Counted from the first letter of the stretch, positions 38,936-50,369 are shown. The stretch: DNA of 64,000 bases from Planctomycetota bacterium (GCA_965228735.1 OZ245838.1:608001-672000), one strand, 5' to 3'. Numbers and translations are program-made. The notes: generated by a model from the letters alone, not told the origin.

Positions 38936-40051
38936 TCACTGGAACGTGCCGACGAAGCCGACCACCAGCCCGTAGTAGCCGCTCGGCGACAAAAAGCCCG
39001 TCGGCTGCGAGGTGTAGTTCGAGCGGTGGACCATCTGGGCCGGACCCGGGGGCGGGGTCGCGGCGCCGATGCGGATCTGGTACGCGTTCCTCGACGGCAC
39101 GACCGGGTCGGCCGACGTCGCGAAGCCGACCGCCTGGGTAAACAGCGCGATCCCGACCGCGCTCGCGGTCGCCGGCAGCTGCCAGGTCTGGCTCGCCGCG
39201 GCGCCGGGGACGAGGCTCGTGACCGCGTCGCCGACGTTCCATTGGCAGTTGGGTGCCTGGTAGGCGCCGAGCGCGATCGGGAGCGCGATGCCGCCCGACT
39301 GCTGATTGCCGAGCGATACCGCGTGCAGCACGAACGGGATCGACACGCCGGCGCTCGGCATCGGGGTCTGGCCGACCACGAGCGTGCCGCCGACGACGCC
39401 GTTGCCCTGCACCTGCGCCACGTCGAGCTCGAGTGAACCGCCCGGCGCCGTGCACGCGGCGTCCTCCCAGCTGCGCGAGATCTCGCCGCGGGCCTCGGTC
39501 GCGTGGAAGAAGAACCCGTCCGCGGGCCAGGTGTCCGAGCTGCCGCCGGTGACGGTGATGTCGAGCAGGAGGTTGCCGTTGCTGCGCTGGTAGACGAGCG
39601 GCTGCGACAGCGGGATGTCGACGCTGAACGGGTTGGGGAAGGGCCACTGTCGGGTCGCCATCGGCACCTGCAGCGTGCCCGTGTAGACGTTGGTCGGTAC
39701 GGCGCTGCCGATGTTCGTCAGCCAGTCGTTGCTCATCGTGTCCGGCGTGACGTTGACCTCGTAGGCGTCGACCGTGGCCTGGAACGTCTTGGCGGCCGGC
39801 GCGTCGATGTTGAAGTTGCCGCCGTCGAGCCGCAGTCGGATCGCGTTGATGACGGCGAGGTTCGGGCACAGCTGCGCGCCGTCGACGAGGTACTGCACGC
39901 GCCCCGAGGACCAGCCGAGCGGCGTGCGGGCGGCGCTGGTGCCCTCGAGCGACTCGTAGCCGTTCGGAACGACGCGCAGGGTCTGGGCCGGTGCGATGGC
40001 GCAAAGGAGAGAGCCGAGCAGAGAGATGGACGAAAGTGCGGGGTTGTTCAC
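38936..40051 (-). CDS. Secreted beta-rich hypothetical protein
   Basis: Signal peptide ending APA-Q; strong GC3 bias. Confidence 0.7.
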   Translation of the reverse strand: MNNPALSSISLLGSLLCAIAPAQTLRVVPNGYESLEGTSAARTPLGWSSGRVQYLVDGAQLCPNLAVINAIRLRLDGGNFNIDAPAAKTFQATVDAYEVNVTPDTMSNDWLTNIGSAVPTNVYTGTLQVPMATRQWPFPNPFSVDIPLSQPLVYQRSNGNLLLDITVTGGSSDTWPADGFFFHATEARGEISRSWEDAACTAPGGSLELDVAQVQGNGVVGGTLVVGQTPMPSAGVSIPFVLHAVSLGNQQSGGIALPIALGAYQAPNCQWNVGDAVTSLVPGAAASQTWQLPATASAVGIALFTQAVGFATSADPVVPSRNAYQIRIGAATPPPGPAQMVHRSNYTSQPTGFLSPSGYYGLVVGFVGTFQ

Positions 40052-40127
40052 ACCGAGCAAGTGCCGGCCGGCCCCGCGGAGTTCCGTTGCTCGGGAACTC
40101 GAGACGCTTCTTCGGCACCATGACCAC

Positions 40128-40919
40128 ATGAAGATTCGCTCCTCGGGCTGGCTCGCACTCGCGCTGGTTGCCTGCTCCATGGCGCCGCCTCCGGCCGCGC
40201 CCGCCACTGTTGCCAGGGGCGAGCTGTGGGCCGCGCTCGACAGCGAGGCGCTGTTCACGATCGCGGGCGGGCTCAAGCCGATGAGCGGCGGGTTCTGGCA
40301 GACCTGGATCGACGTCGCCGCGCCGGACCTCGCCGAGGTGCGCCGCGTGCGCCGCGCGCTCTCGGAGTGGCGCAACGACGAGCTGTGGGCCGACGTGCAC
40401 GTGTTCGACCAGGTGCACGAGGGGCGGCGCGCCGCGGTCGCCTACGTCCTGGACCGGGCCGCCGTCGCGGACCTGCTCGACGAGCACCGCGCGTTCTTCG
40501 CGCCGTATGGACTGGTGCCCGACACCCATCCGGCAGAAGTCGTCGCGGTCGTCGAGCGCATGCCCAAGCTGGATCGGCACCGCGGCCAGGGACTGCTGTT
40601 CGGCTATCCCGAGCACGCGATCGACTTCTTCGTGCGCGCCGAGACAGAACGAGCGCCGGGCGGCAAGCCGTCCGAGCGTCGCTTCATCCAGATCCCGACG
40701 TTCGGCGCCGCCACGGGTCGCTTCGTCTACGCCGTGCCGGCAGATCACGTCGAGGGGCCGGCCGATCGCGAGCTCGCGGCTGCCGCGGCGCGCGTGCTCG
40801 GCCGCTTTCGCGAGCTGCGCGCCGCGTGTCCGCGGCCGGGGCGGGGGCCGGTCGGGGCCGTCGTGGACGTGCTGCGCCGCGAGTTCGCCGGCATCCGGGA
40901 GCCCGCGGCCGCGCGCTAG
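40128..40919 (+). CDS. Putative lipoprotein, hypothetical
   Basis: MKIRSSGWLALALVAC lipobox-like; GLLFGYP motif. Confidence 0.65.
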   Translation: MKIRSSGWLALALVACSMAPPPAAPATVARGELWAALDSEALFTIAGGLKPMSGGFWQTWIDVAAPDLAEVRRVRRALSEWRNDELWADVHVFDQVHEGRRAAVAYVLDRAAVADLLDEHRAFFAPYGLVPDTHPAEVVAVVERMPKLDRHRGQGLLFGYPEHAIDFFVRAETERAPGGKPSERRFIQIPTFGAATGRFVYAVPADHVEGPADRELAAAAARVLGRFRELRAACPRPGRGPVGAVVDVLRREFAGIREPAAAR

Positions 40920-41036
40920 CCGGGCGGCTTGCCCGAATCGCGGACTTCGCGCCCGCAGTAGCGGCGGGAATCGCATGGTCGGTCGATTCGATCCGGAATC
41001 CGCGGAACTCGCGGCGTCGGCCGGCACCTACCACGA

Positions 41037-41738
41037 GTGGTGAACGATGACTTCGCGCTGCCGTTGGCGACCCCCACGATCGAGTGTGGTGAGGTCGTCG
41101 ATCTGGCCGGCATCCTCGACCCGAACGTCCACATCGCGATCTGGCGCCGCCCGGCGGACGCGCGGATCACCGGCTTTCTGAACCGCGAGGATTGTGACTT
41201 CGGCAAGTTCTCGCGCTTCGTCGGGCGGGCCTCCGAGATGAACGGCGAGCGCGACATCCAAGACCTCGTGCCGCTCGAAGCGCGGACCGCGGATCGCGCG
41301 GGCATGGCGGCGTTGGCCGCCGACGTGTCCGGGCTGTGCGAGATGTTCACCGAGCTCGTCTCTGCGGACGAGCTCATGGTCTCGCTCGAGAGTCCGGATG
41401 ACGCGACCTGTCCGCGCTTCCACGTCGATCGCGTCGGCATCCGGATGCTCGTGACCTACGTCGGGCCGGGCACCGAGTGGTTGCTGCACGCGCACGTCGA
41501 TCGGCGCTGGCTCGGCGAGGCCGGGCACGGGCGGCCGGACGAGATCAACGGCGTGATGCGGAAGGGGGCCGAGGTGCAGCAGGTCGCGCCGTTCGACGTG
41601 ATCCTGCTCAAAGGTGAGGCCTGGCCCGGCGCCGAGGGTTTCGGCGCCGTGCATCGCTCGCCCGATCCGTTCGGGCAGCCGCGGGTGCTGCTGCGCGTCG
41701 ACATGTTGAGTCAACTGCCGATCGAGGGAGCAAAGTGA
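41037..41738 (+). CDS. DUF1826 family protein
   Basis: CPRFHVD...[11 protein letters not shown]...LLKGE...VHRSP; adjacent to COG0523. Confidence 0.88.
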   Translation: MVNDDFALPLATPTIECGEVVDLAGILDPNVHIAIWRRPADARITGFLNREDCDFGKFSRFVGRASEMNGERDIQDLVPLEARTADRAGMAALAADVSGLCEMFTELVSADELMVSLESPDDATCPRFHVDRVGIRMLVTYVGPGTEWLLHAHVDRRWLGEAGHGRPDEINGVMRKGAEVQQVAPFDVILLKGEAWPGAEGFGAVHRSPDPFGQPRVLLRVDMLSQLPIEGAK

Positions 41739-43060
41739 AGGCGCTTCGACGACCGGCGCAGAACGGGGAGGCCGCGACCTGGCGTCTGCCCGTCACCGTG
41801 CTTTCCGGGTTTCTCGGCGCCGGCAAGACGACCGTGCTGCAGCACGTGCTCGACAACCGTGACGGCTTGCGCGTCGCGGTCATCGTCAACGACATGAGCT
41901 CGGTCAACATCGACGCGGCCATCGTCAAGGACGGCGGCGCGGCGCTGCACCGTACGGAAGAGAAGCTCGTGGAGATGGAGAACGGCTGCATCTGCTGCAC
42001 GCTCCGCGAGGACCTGTTGCGCGAGGTCGCGGACCTCGCCAAGGCCGGGCGCTTCGACTACCTGCTGATCGAGTCGACCGGGATCTCCGAGCCGATGCCG
42101 GTCGCCGAGACGTTCACGTTCACCGACGAGGACGGCAACGGGCTGTCCGAGGTCGCGGTGCTCGACACGATGGCGACGGTCGTCGACGCGGGCGCGTTCC
42201 CGCTCGATCTCGGCCGCGGCGAGGAGCTGTGCGAGCGCGGCATCGGCCTCGACGAGACGGACGATCGAACGGTCGACGACCTGCTCGTCGAGCAGGTCGA
42301 GTTCGCCGACGTCCTGATCATCAACAAGGCGGATCGCGTGAGCGCCGAGGAGCTCGGCGCGCTGCAGGCGTTGTTGAAGAAGCTCAACCCGGACGCCGAT
42401 CAGATCGTCACGGAACACGGGCGCGTCGATCCCGCGGCGATCCTGGCCACCGGCAGCTTCGACTTCGACCGCGCGGCGTCGATGCCGGGCTGGATGGCCG
42501 AGGTGCGCGGCAAAGAATCGAGCGAAGCGGACGAGTTCGGCATCACGAGCTTCGTCTATCGCGCGCGGCGGCCGTTCCACCCGCAGCGCTTCCACGAGTT
42601 CATCCAGGACGACTGGCCCGGCGTGCTGCGGAGCAAGGGCTTCGTCTGGCTCGCGACGCGCAACGACTTCGTCGGCATGTGGCACCAGGCCGGCGGCTCG
42701 TGCGCGCTGTCCGGTGCCGGCACCTGGTGGGCCACGGTCGGCCGCGAGGAGTGGCCGGACGATCCGGCGGTCGTCGCCGACATCGAGGCCAACTCGGTCG
42801 AACCGTTCGGCGACCGGCGTCAGGAGGTCGTCGTGATCGGCCGCAACATCGACGAGGCCGATCTGCGGCGGCGGTTCGATCTGTGCCTGCTCGACGACGC
42901 GGAGCTCGCGCTCGGCGTCGAGGGGTGGCAGGCGTTCCCGGACGACCTCATGCCTTGGGTCGCGGACGAGGACGAAGGGGCAGACGAGATCGTCGACCAG
43001 GCGCCCGGGCGCGACGATGGGGGCGAGCCCGAAGCTGCCGCCGAGGCCGCGCAGGGCTGA
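41735..43060 (+). CDS. COG0523/CobW-family Zn metallochaperone GTPase (ZigA/YciC-like)
   Basis: [28 protein letters not shown]. Confidence 0.93.
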   Translation: MKALRRPAQNGEAATWRLPVTVLSGFLGAGKTTVLQHVLDNRDGLRVAVIVNDMSSVNIDAAIVKDGGAALHRTEEKLVEMENGCICCTLREDLLREVADLAKAGRFDYLLIESTGISEPMPVAETFTFTDEDGNGLSEVAVLDTMATVVDAGAFPLDLGRGEELCERGIGLDETDDRTVDDLLVEQVEFADVLIINKADRVSAEELGALQALLKKLNPDADQIVTEHGRVDPAAILATGSFDFDRAASMPGWMAEVRGKESSEADEFGITSFVYRARRPFHPQRFHEFIQDDWPGVLRSKGFVWLATRNDFVGMWHQAGGSCALSGAGTWWATVGREEWPDDPAVVADIEANSVEPFGDRRQEVVVIGRNIDEADLRRRFDLCLLDDAELALGVEGWQAFPDDLMPWVADEDEGADEIVDQAPGRDDGGEPEAAAEAAQG

Positions 43061-43160
43061 GCGCATGACATTTGCCACGCCGCGGTGGGCAGGGGATACC
43101 TCGTCTTTCTGCTCCCCGCGGTCGTGGCCTTCTTGCCGTGCGGCGCGACGACCGATCGGC

Positions 43161-44477
43161 CTACCAGCGCCCGATCCGCGCGGAGATCGCGTTGCTCGAG
43201 CAGCCGTTGAACGGCGAGAAGTTGAGCTGCACCCCCTGCATGACGGTGCTGGAGTTGATCAGCGTCGTCGAGGTCGGCACCGGCACCGTGAGCGTCGGCG
43301 CGGGGCTTTGGACGGGCGAGATGTCGACGAGCAGCGAGCCCGCGATCGTGGCGATGTTCTGATCGCAGCCGGCCGGCAGGAGCGGGAACTGGAACGGCGG
43401 GGTGGCGGCCGCGCTGTCGAACCCGATGAACAGCGGATTGGCGATCGTGTAGTCGCTGAACGTCAGCGTGAACGACGAGCCGAGCGTGGCCGAGCCGTTC
43501 ACGCCGAGCGTGAACGGGTTGGTGCGGCCGTCGCACACACAGCCGGACCCGACCGACGCGAACTCGGAGACCGCGGCGACGACCGTGAAGTCGGTCGAGG
43601 CGCGACCGCTGAAGATCAACTCGTCGGTCGCGACGTCGTGACCGGCGCTGCGGCAGCGCGAGAGGTCGGCGCCCGGCATCGACGACGGGATCTGGGTCCA
43701 GGCGCCGTCGTAGCGCCAGGCGTCCTGCAGCGGGGGGCCGAGCGGCGGGTAGCCCCCGATCAGGGTCAGGTCGTTCGTGCTCGGCCGGAACCCGAGGGCG
43801 CCCCCGGCGCGCGCCGGCGGGCCGCCGGTCGCCGTCTGGGTCCACGTGACGCCATCGAACTCCCACGTGTCGCCGAGCAGGGTGCCGCCGCTGTCGCCGC
43901 CGAAGATCACGACCGTGTCGGTGCTCGACATGACGCCCATCGCCATGTCGAAGCGCGGTGTCGGGGAAGCGGGCGTCGTGACCTGACTCCAGACGTCGGT
44001 GACCCCATCGAGCACCCACGTCTCGTTGAGCGGAGTGACAGCCGCGTCGTAGCCGCCGAACAGCAGGAGGTCACCGTTGCGCAGGCCGACGATGCGGGCG
44101 GCACCGACCGCGGTCGGGGCGCCGGTCGTCGCCACGACGTTCCATTGGGTGCCGTCGAACTCGTTGAGCGTGGAGCCGTCCCAGAGGACCGCGTTGCCCG
44201 CTCGCGTAGCCGCGACCGGCACCGCGTTGAACGGGATCGAGAACGACGGCGCCGAGGTCAGGGCCCAGTTGCCCGAGCCCGACGTGTCCCACGACCATGT
44301 CTGGGCGCCGTTGGTAGCGATCACGCCGCCCTGGTGGCTCGTGACGTACCAGGTGTCGGGGCCACCGGCCAGGAGTGTCTCCGCGCGGTGGCTGACCTGC
44401 GCTGTGACGTCGGCAGTGATGAAGAGGAGCGATGCGAGTGCGCCACAGGCGCTGATCCGGCGAGCGTGTTGGTTCAT
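43161..44477 (-). CDS. Secreted Kelch-repeat protein
   Basis: LLFGG...DTWEFDG repeats; signal peptide. Confidence 0.8.
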   Translation of the reverse strand: MNQHARRISACGALASLLFITADVTAQVSHRAETLLAGGPDTWYVTSHQGGVIATNGAQTWSWDTSGSGNWALTSAPSFSIPFNAVPVAATRAGNAVLWDGSTLNEFDGTQWNVVATTGAPTAVGAARIVGLRNGDLLLFGGYDAAVTPLNETWVLDGVTDVWSQVTTPASPTPRFDMAMGVMSSTDTVVIFGGDSGGTLLGDTWEFDGVTWTQTATGGPPARAGGALGFRPSTNDLTLIGGYPPLGPPLQDAWRYDGAWTQIPSSMPGADLSRCRSAGHDVATDELIFSGRASTDFTVVAAVSEFASVGSGCVCDGRTNPFTLGVNGSATLGSSFTLTFSDYTIANPLFIGFDSAAATPPFQFPLLPAGCDQNIATIAGSLLVDISPVQSPAPTLTVPVPTSTTLINSSTVMQGVQLNFSPFNGCSSNAISARIGRW

Positions 44478-44743
44478 GTCGGTCCGATCCGCAGGGAACG
44501 CGGGTTCCCATTGGTGTCAGCCCGACTCGATCCGGTTGCAGGAATCGTCCGGAGTCAGCGCCGCGGGCCACGTCGCGCGGCAGGGGTGTTCTGGAGTTCC
44601 AGCTGCCAACGCCACCCGCTGATCGGTTCGTTGTCGAGGCCCTGGGCCACACACGCGTGTGGCGCGAAGATCGCCGCGGGGCTGGACTCGAGGACGCGAT
44701 CAATCACGGAAGCTGCGGGAATCTCGCTTCCCGCGACAGACCA

Positions 44744-45379
44744 CTAGCGCGTCGCGATCCGATAGTACTCGGATACTTCGCCGGGCGACGAAATGGTTGC
44801 GGACAGGTCGCGTAGCAGGCCGTCTTCGATTCCGTAGATCCAGCCGTGGACACTGAGTTCTGCGTCGTTGGCCCATGCGTTCTGAACGGCGGTCGTGTAG
44901 CAGACGTTCTGCACTTGCTCGATGACGTTGAGTTCGCACAGTCGGCGAAACCGATCGTCAGCGTTCGCGATCTCGGCGAGGGCTTGGCCGTGCTTCTCGC
45001 GGACGTCACGGATGTGGCGCAGCCAGTTGTCGATCAGGCCAATCGGGCGACCTTCGCTCGCGGCCTTGACGCCGCCACACCCGTAGTGGCCGCAGACGAT
45101 GATGTGGCGTACCTTGAGCACGGAAACCGCGAACTCGATCACGCTCAAGCAGTTGAAGTCCGTATGGACAACGACGTTCGCGATATTGCGGTGGACGAAG
45201 ACCTCGCCCGGAGCCAGATCGATGATCTGGTTGGCGGGTACGCGGCTGTCCGCGCACCCAATCCAGAGTATATCTGGCGTCTGTTGCTGGGAGAGCCGCT
45301 TGAAGAACTCGGGATCGCTTTCGATCTGCTTGTCAGCCCACTTCCGGTTGTTTTCGAACAGGTGCGGTAGAAGTCGCAT
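44744..45379 (-). CDS. can: Beta-class carbonic anhydrase
   Basis: IGCADSRVP, HRNIAN, CGHYGCGG. Confidence 0.95.
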   Translation of the reverse strand: MRLLPHLFENNRKWADKQIESDPEFFKRLSQQQTPDILWIGCADSRVPANQIIDLAPGEVFVHRNIANVVVHTDFNCLSVIEFAVSVLKVRHIIVCGHYGCGGVKAASEGRPIGLIDNWLRHIRDVREKHGQALAEIANADDRFRRLCELNVIEQVQNVCYTTAVQNAWANDAELSVHGWIYGIEDGLLRDLSATISSPGEVSEYYRIATR

Positions 45380-45776
45380 GGCCTGACTGTAGAGGCTCGG
45401 TGCGGCTGCGCTAGACCTCGCCAGGAGTTTCGCAACTCCGCCGGGCGCTCTCATGGCGGCGCCAGAAGTGCGCCGATTCTTGCCTCCACGGGTCGCTCTC
45501 CGACCTCGGCTTACGCGCACAACCGGGCGTGCCCGTGTAGTCCCATGGCATCAGCTCGGGAGCGACGCGGTGACGGACGCGGATGCGGCCGAGCCCACGG
45601 TGCCGTTCGCGGATCGACGAAGGATCGGTCAGCGAGTTCAACGGCTGGTCCACCAAACCCCACGTCAACGAAGCCGGACCAGGGGCGGCGGCGGTTCTCT
45701 CAGCTGTGTGAGCGTGGGCTCGGGTGCCATCGAGGAGCGCACGGCGACGAGTCGAGACTGACCCGCTCGACCCCGC

Positions 45777-46829
45777 TCATTCGGTCGGCTCGTAGCGCGC
45801 CTTGATGCGCGGCACGAGATACTCCGCGAACGCGGTCTCGAGGTCGTGCTTGGGGGCGAAGCCGAAGTCCGCGCGCGCCGGCGAGTCGTCGACGTCGGCC
45901 GGCCACGAGTCGACGATGGCCTGGCGCTGTTCGTCGGGTTCGAACGTGATGTCGGCCTTCGGAAAGTGGTGGCGCACGAGCTCGGCGAACTCGGCCGCGG
46001 TCGGGCTGAAGGCCGTCAGGTTGTAGACCGGGCAACGCAGCTGGTCGCGGTCGGCCGTGGCGAGCGCGAGCGTCGCGCTCACGGCATCGGGCATCGTCAG
46101 GAACGGGATGCGCGTCTCCTCGCGCACGAAGCACGCGTAGCTCTCGCCCTTCGCCGCTGAATGCAGCATCTCGGGCCCGTAGTCGCTCGTGCCGCCGGAC
46201 GGGAGGGTGTCGGCGCTGATGAGGCCCGGGTAGCGCACGCAGCGGAAGTCGACGAGGTCGGGCACGCGGTCCTTCGCGAGCTGCCGATAGTGCCGCATGT
46301 AGTAGCGGCCGAGATGCTCGCAGGCGAGCTTGTTGCAGCCGTACATCGTCGTCGGCATGACGAAGTGGTCCCAGCTCACCTTCGGGTTCTGCGCCTTGGT
46401 CTCGAGGTCGGGCATGCCGAACGCGGCGATCGAGCTCGGGAACACGAACTTGACCGGCACGCCGTGGCTGCGGGCCTGCTCGGCGGCGAGGCGCAGCAGG
46501 CCGAGCGTGCCGCCGACGTTGACGTCGTGGGCGGTCTCGGGCGTGAACTCGGCGCGCGTCGAGAGCAGCGCCGCGAGGTGGTAGATCTCGCGCACCTCGT
46601 ACATCGCGAGCAGCCGACCGAGCAGCATCGCGTCGCAGATGTCGCCGACGACGGTCTGCATGCACATCGACCGGATCTCGCCGTCGAGCTCGCGCAGGTC
46701 GATCGCGACGACGTTGCGGGCCCCGCGGTCGTAGAGGCCACGGATCATCCCTTGGCCGACCTCGCCGCCGGCACCGGTGATCAGGATCGCGTCGGCGCGC
46801 CGGCCGCCCGGGGACATCGATTGTTCCAT
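45777..46829 (-). CDS. NAD-dependent epimerase/SDR, L-threonine 3-dehydrogenase-like
   Basis: ITGAGGEVG, YGCNK, RYPGLIS, GGTSDY. Confidence 0.85.
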   Translation of the reverse strand: MEQSMSPGGRRADAILITGAGGEVGQGMIRGLYDRGARNVVAIDLRELDGEIRSMCMQTVVGDICDAMLLGRLLAMYEVREIYHLAALLSTRAEFTPETAHDVNVGGTLGLLRLAAEQARSHGVPVKFVFPSSIAAFGMPDLETKAQNPKVSWDHFVMPTTMYGCNKLACEHLGRYYMRHYRQLAKDRVPDLVDFRCVRYPGLISADTLPSGGTSDYGPEMLHSAAKGESYACFVREETRIPFLTMPDAVSATLALATADRDQLRCPVYNLTAFSPTAAEFAELVRHHFPKADITFEPDEQRQAIVDSWPADVDDSPARADFGFAPKHDLETAFAEYLVPRIKARYEPTE

Positions 46830-46903
46830 CCCATGATCGTGGCGCCAAAGGAGCGCGCGGGCCACAGGCAGCTTCGCCGTTCCGCGGGCGTTGCTGCGGG
46901 GCG

Positions 46904-48529
46904 CTATCGCTCCAGCGCGTAGCCGGTGTCCCGCTCGGGCAGGACGACGCGATTGGCGTTCGCGTAGTCGCGCCAGAGTTCGAGCAGCTCGCGCAGCTTC
47001 TCCGGATGTTCAGCGGCGAGATCCCGGGTCTCGGCGGGATCGGCCTCGAGATCGTAGAGCTCCCAGCGCCCCGAACCGTAGGGCGGCCAGAGCCACGCGA
47101 TCTTGTAGCGACCCCGCTGGATCGCGCGGCGGCCGAACAGCTCCCAGCCGACGACGTGATCGGGATCGGGTTCTGGCTCGAGCAGCATGCGGCAGCGCGG
47201 GGCCCGTTCGCCGGTCGCGAGGTGCATGGCCAGGGGGCAGAAGTCGCGCGCCGTGACCGCCGCGTCCGACCGCCCGGGTGCGACCGTTCCCGGCCACGAC
47301 ACGATCGCCGGCACGCGGACACCGCCCTGGGTCGGGAACGACTTGAACAGGCGGAACGGCGCGACGCTCGCCCGCGCCCACCCGGGGCTCAGCCAGCAGT
47401 AGGAGTTCTGCTGTCCGAGGTTCTCGACGCGATTGTCGAAGCGACGCTCGACCCACTCGCCGATGCCCGCGAGGTTGCCGACCGGGTTGCCCTCGGGCCC
47501 GTTGTCGCTGCAGAAGACGATGACGGTGCGCTCGAGCTCGCCCGCGGCGCGCAACGTCGCGAGCAGACGGCCGATGTTGTGATCGAGGTTCTCGACCATC
47601 GCGGCGTAGAGCTCCATCGTCCGGGCCTCGCGGCGTTGGTCGGCGGGCGAGAGCGATGACCATGCGGGCACGAACTCGTTGGGTGCTGGCGCGGGCTGGT
47701 CTGCCGTTGCGATGCCGGCGGCGATGGCGGCCTGCCGTCGTCGCGACCACAGCGCGTCGTAGCCGTCGTCGTAGCGGCCACGATACTTCTCGCTCCACTC
47801 GCTGGGTGCGTGCAGCGGCCAGTGCGGCGCGGTGTAGGCGGCATAGGCGAAGAACGGTCGCCCCGCGTCGCGCGCCTCCGCGAGATACCCGATCAGCTTG
47901 TCGGTGTAGGCGTCCGAGGAGTAGAAGTCCGCGGGCAGCTCCACGGGTCGACCGTCCTCGCGGTAGGGCGCCTTGCCTGGCGCGTCGACCAGTCGGAACG
48001 CGTCGGCGAAATGGCTCGCGCCGCCGGGCAGCAGCGCGAACGAGCGCTCGAAGCCGCGGGCGTGCGGCGCGCATTCGGGCTCGGTGCCGAGATGCCACTT
48101 GCCCGCCATGCACGTGAAGTAGCCGGCCGCCTGCAGCCGTCGGGCGATCGTGTCGCCGGTGGTCATCACGCCTTCGTAGCCCGGCGCGTTGGCCTGCCGC
48201 TCGTCCTGTTCGCCGGCCATCGTGCCGAGCCCGACGCGATGCGGATCCTGCCCCGTCATGAGCATCGCGCGCGTCGGCGAACACGCGGGCGCGACGAGGA
48301 AGTTCGTGAGCAGCAGGCCGGATCGAGCCAGCCGATCGAGATTGGGCGTGCGGATCTCGCTGCCGAACAGACCGAGATCGGTGTAGCCGAGGTCATCGGC
48401 GAGGATGAACAGGATGTTGGGGCGCGTCGCCGCCGCATCGGTGTCGTTCAACCCCGCGCAGGCTGACGAGCAGCCTGACGAGCAGCCCAGTAGGGCGACC
48501 AGCAGCGCGGCGGCGAGAGCCTTCGGCAT
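46904..48529 (-). CDS. Arylsulfatase
   Basis: LADDLG, CSPTR, GKWHLG, SDNG. Confidence 0.93.
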   Translation of the reverse strand: MPKALAAALLVALLGCSSGCSSACAGLNDTDAAATRPNILFILADDLGYTDLGLFGSEIRTPNLDRLARSGLLLTNFLVAPACSPTRAMLMTGQDPHRVGLGTMAGEQDERQANAPGYEGVMTTGDTIARRLQAAGYFTCMAGKWHLGTEPECAPHARGFERSFALLPGGASHFADAFRLVDAPGKAPYREDGRPVELPADFYSSDAYTDKLIGYLAEARDAGRPFFAYAAYTAPHWPLHAPSEWSEKYRGRYDDGYDALWSRRRQAAIAAGIATADQPAPAPNEFVPAWSSLSPADQRREARTMELYAAMVENLDHNIGRLLATLRAAGELERTVIVFCSDNGPEGNPVGNLAGIGEWVERRFDNRVENLGQQNSYCWLSPGWARASVAPFRLFKSFPTQGGVRVPAIVSWPGTVAPGRSDAAVTARDFCPLAMHLATGERAPRCRMLLEPEPDPDHVVGWELFGRRAIQRGRYKIAWLWPPYGSGRWELYDLEADPAETRDLAAEHPEKLRELLELWRDYANANRVVLPERDTGYALER

Positions 48530-48572
48530 GCGTGGGATCCTACCGGGGGGTGCGATGGGGAGCGGCCGGCGA

Positions 48573-50267
48573 TCAGCGCGGACCGCCGCCGGTGCCGTTC
48601 GGTAGGTCGGCGAACACCTCGTCGAACGCGAACGTCCGCCACTCGCGATACGGCGCGTCCCACGGCTCACTGCGCATCGACGCGACGGCGACGTCGAACT
48701 CGCGCTGGTCGGGGCGCGTGATCACGCTGTGCTCGGTGGTGCCGTGCGCGACCGTTTGCAGCAGCTCGCGCATCTGCAGGGTGCCGACCTTCTGGCCCGT
48801 GCGCGCCCAGCTCGCGAGCTTCTGGCCGCCGGCTTCGTAGCGCCAGCGCGACGAGAACGACGGGGTGCGGCCGAAGTAGGTGCCCGGCCGATCGGGGTCG
48901 GCGCCGTAGACGTGGTGGTGGTTGCTCGCGAGGATCGCGTGCTCGAGCCGTGGCGCGACCTGCATCGGCAGGCGTGAGGCGTGGCCGAAGCGGTCGCCTT
49001 CGAGCACCCAGGCGGGGGCCGAGTACGGCCTGTTCGGGCTTGGGCGATTCGGGGTCGCGAACAGCACGATGCAGCCGGCGTTGCACGCGCCGCCGCGGCT
49101 GTTGCCGTTCTCTTGCAGGATGCGTTCGAAGTCGACGGGGCCCGCCGTTGCGTCGAGCGTGGCGAGCGCCTGGCGCTGGGACCACGAGATCGCGACCATG
49201 TCCTCGACGACGGGTCCCGGACCCGTGCCACCGGCGTTCTCCATGCAGTGCAGGCCGTGCTCGTTGAAGCCGGTCAGCGTGCCGACGAACCCAGGCCACA
49301 TCATCGACACGTAGCGATGCTGGTCAGGCTCGCTCGGTGCGACCGCGAAGAGCACGAAGTGGCTGACGGTGACGCGGCGCAGGTCGATCTCGCCGTCCAT
49401 GTTGCGGCCCGCGATCGTGCCGCCGTCGACGTCGGTGCCCGCCGTGCGGTCGCCCCAGCAAGCAAACTGCGTGCAGCTCGAACGCATCGCGCGCGTGCCG
49501 ATGTAGGCGTTGATCGCCATGAGCTCGGTCAGGCCGAACGGGCGGCCGAGCTCGGGGACGCGCAGGTCGCAGCCGCTCGCCTGCATGCCTTCGAGGACGC
49601 CCTCGAGCTCGGTGCGCAGCGGCGCGGGCCAGCGGAAGTTGGACTGCAAGAACGCGGCGAATCGTTCGTAGGCCGCGGCCGTGCGCAGCCGGTCTTCGAG
49701 CAGGTAACAGCGGAAGAAGTCGACGATCTGCGGGGCGAGCAGCTGGCCGTGGGCAAGGCCGCGTTGCCTCGCGTCGCCGGCCAGCTGGACGATCGGCAGG
49801 CCCTTGCGCCAGCGCAGCGCGCCGTGCGCGACGACGCGGTCGGTGCGCGGCAGGTGGGTCGGCGCGCGCAGCGTGATCGGTGCGGTGGGGGTGTCGGCGG
49901 ACACGCGGCGATGCCAGCCGCACGGCTCGGGCACCGCGGGCGACCACGCGCCGTCGCCGTTCGTGTCGACGAACGCAAACAGCGCGTGCGGTCCGTCCTC
50001 GACGTCAGCGGTGAACTGCAGGCTGCCGTCGTCGCGGCGCTCGGCCCGCACGGTCACATCCGCAGCCCGCGAGAACAGCTCGAGCTTGCCGAGGTCGACG
50101 ACGGCGCCGTTCTGCCGCACGTGCAGTCGCCGGAGCTCGACGACGATCGCCCCGTCAGCTGCGCGTTCGAGCTCCAGCTCGCCGCGCACCGTCGACTGCG
50201 CTGTTGCCGGTGCCAGGAGTGTGATGCCGACCGTGGCGATCGCGAGCCTGCGTGCTGTCGCTGCCAT
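48573..50267 (-). CDS. C45-family (Ntn) peptidase/acyltransferase
   Basis: SSCTQF, GRNMD, GFNEHGL, ASNH. Confidence 0.75.
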   Translation of the reverse strand: MAATARRLAIATVGITLLAPATAQSTVRGELELERAADGAIVVELRRLHVRQNGAVVDLGKLELFSRAADVTVRAERRDDGSLQFTADVEDGPHALFAFVDTNGDGAWSPAVPEPCGWHRRVSADTPTAPITLRAPTHLPRTDRVVAHGALRWRKGLPIVQLAGDARQRGLAHGQLLAPQIVDFFRCYLLEDRLRTAAAYERFAAFLQSNFRWPAPLRTELEGVLEGMQASGCDLRVPELGRPFGLTELMAINAYIGTRAMRSSCTQFACWGDRTAGTDVDGGTIAGRNMDGEIDLRRVTVSHFVLFAVAPSEPDQHRYVSMMWPGFVGTLTGFNEHGLHCMENAGGTGPGPVVEDMVAISWSQRQALATLDATAGPVDFERILQENGNSRGGACNAGCIVLFATPNRPSPNRPYSAPAWVLEGDRFGHASRLPMQVAPRLEHAILASNHHHVYGADPDRPGTYFGRTPSFSSRWRYEAGGQKLASWARTGQKVGTLQMRELLQTVAHGTTEHSVITRPDQREFDVAVASMRSEPWDAPYREWRTFAFDEVFADLPNGTGGGPR

Positions 50268-50369
50268 GGCACGGACTGTCGATCGACAGCGCGCACCGGT
50301 CAAGTCGGACGAACCGTTGTTACCTCGCCTCGACGAACCGTGGTCTGCGGGCGCACGCGCGACGAGTTC

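Noticed and set aside
44480..44740. Riboswitch upstream of the Kelch gene
   Set aside because: A few short stems only; no recognisable aptamer consensus.
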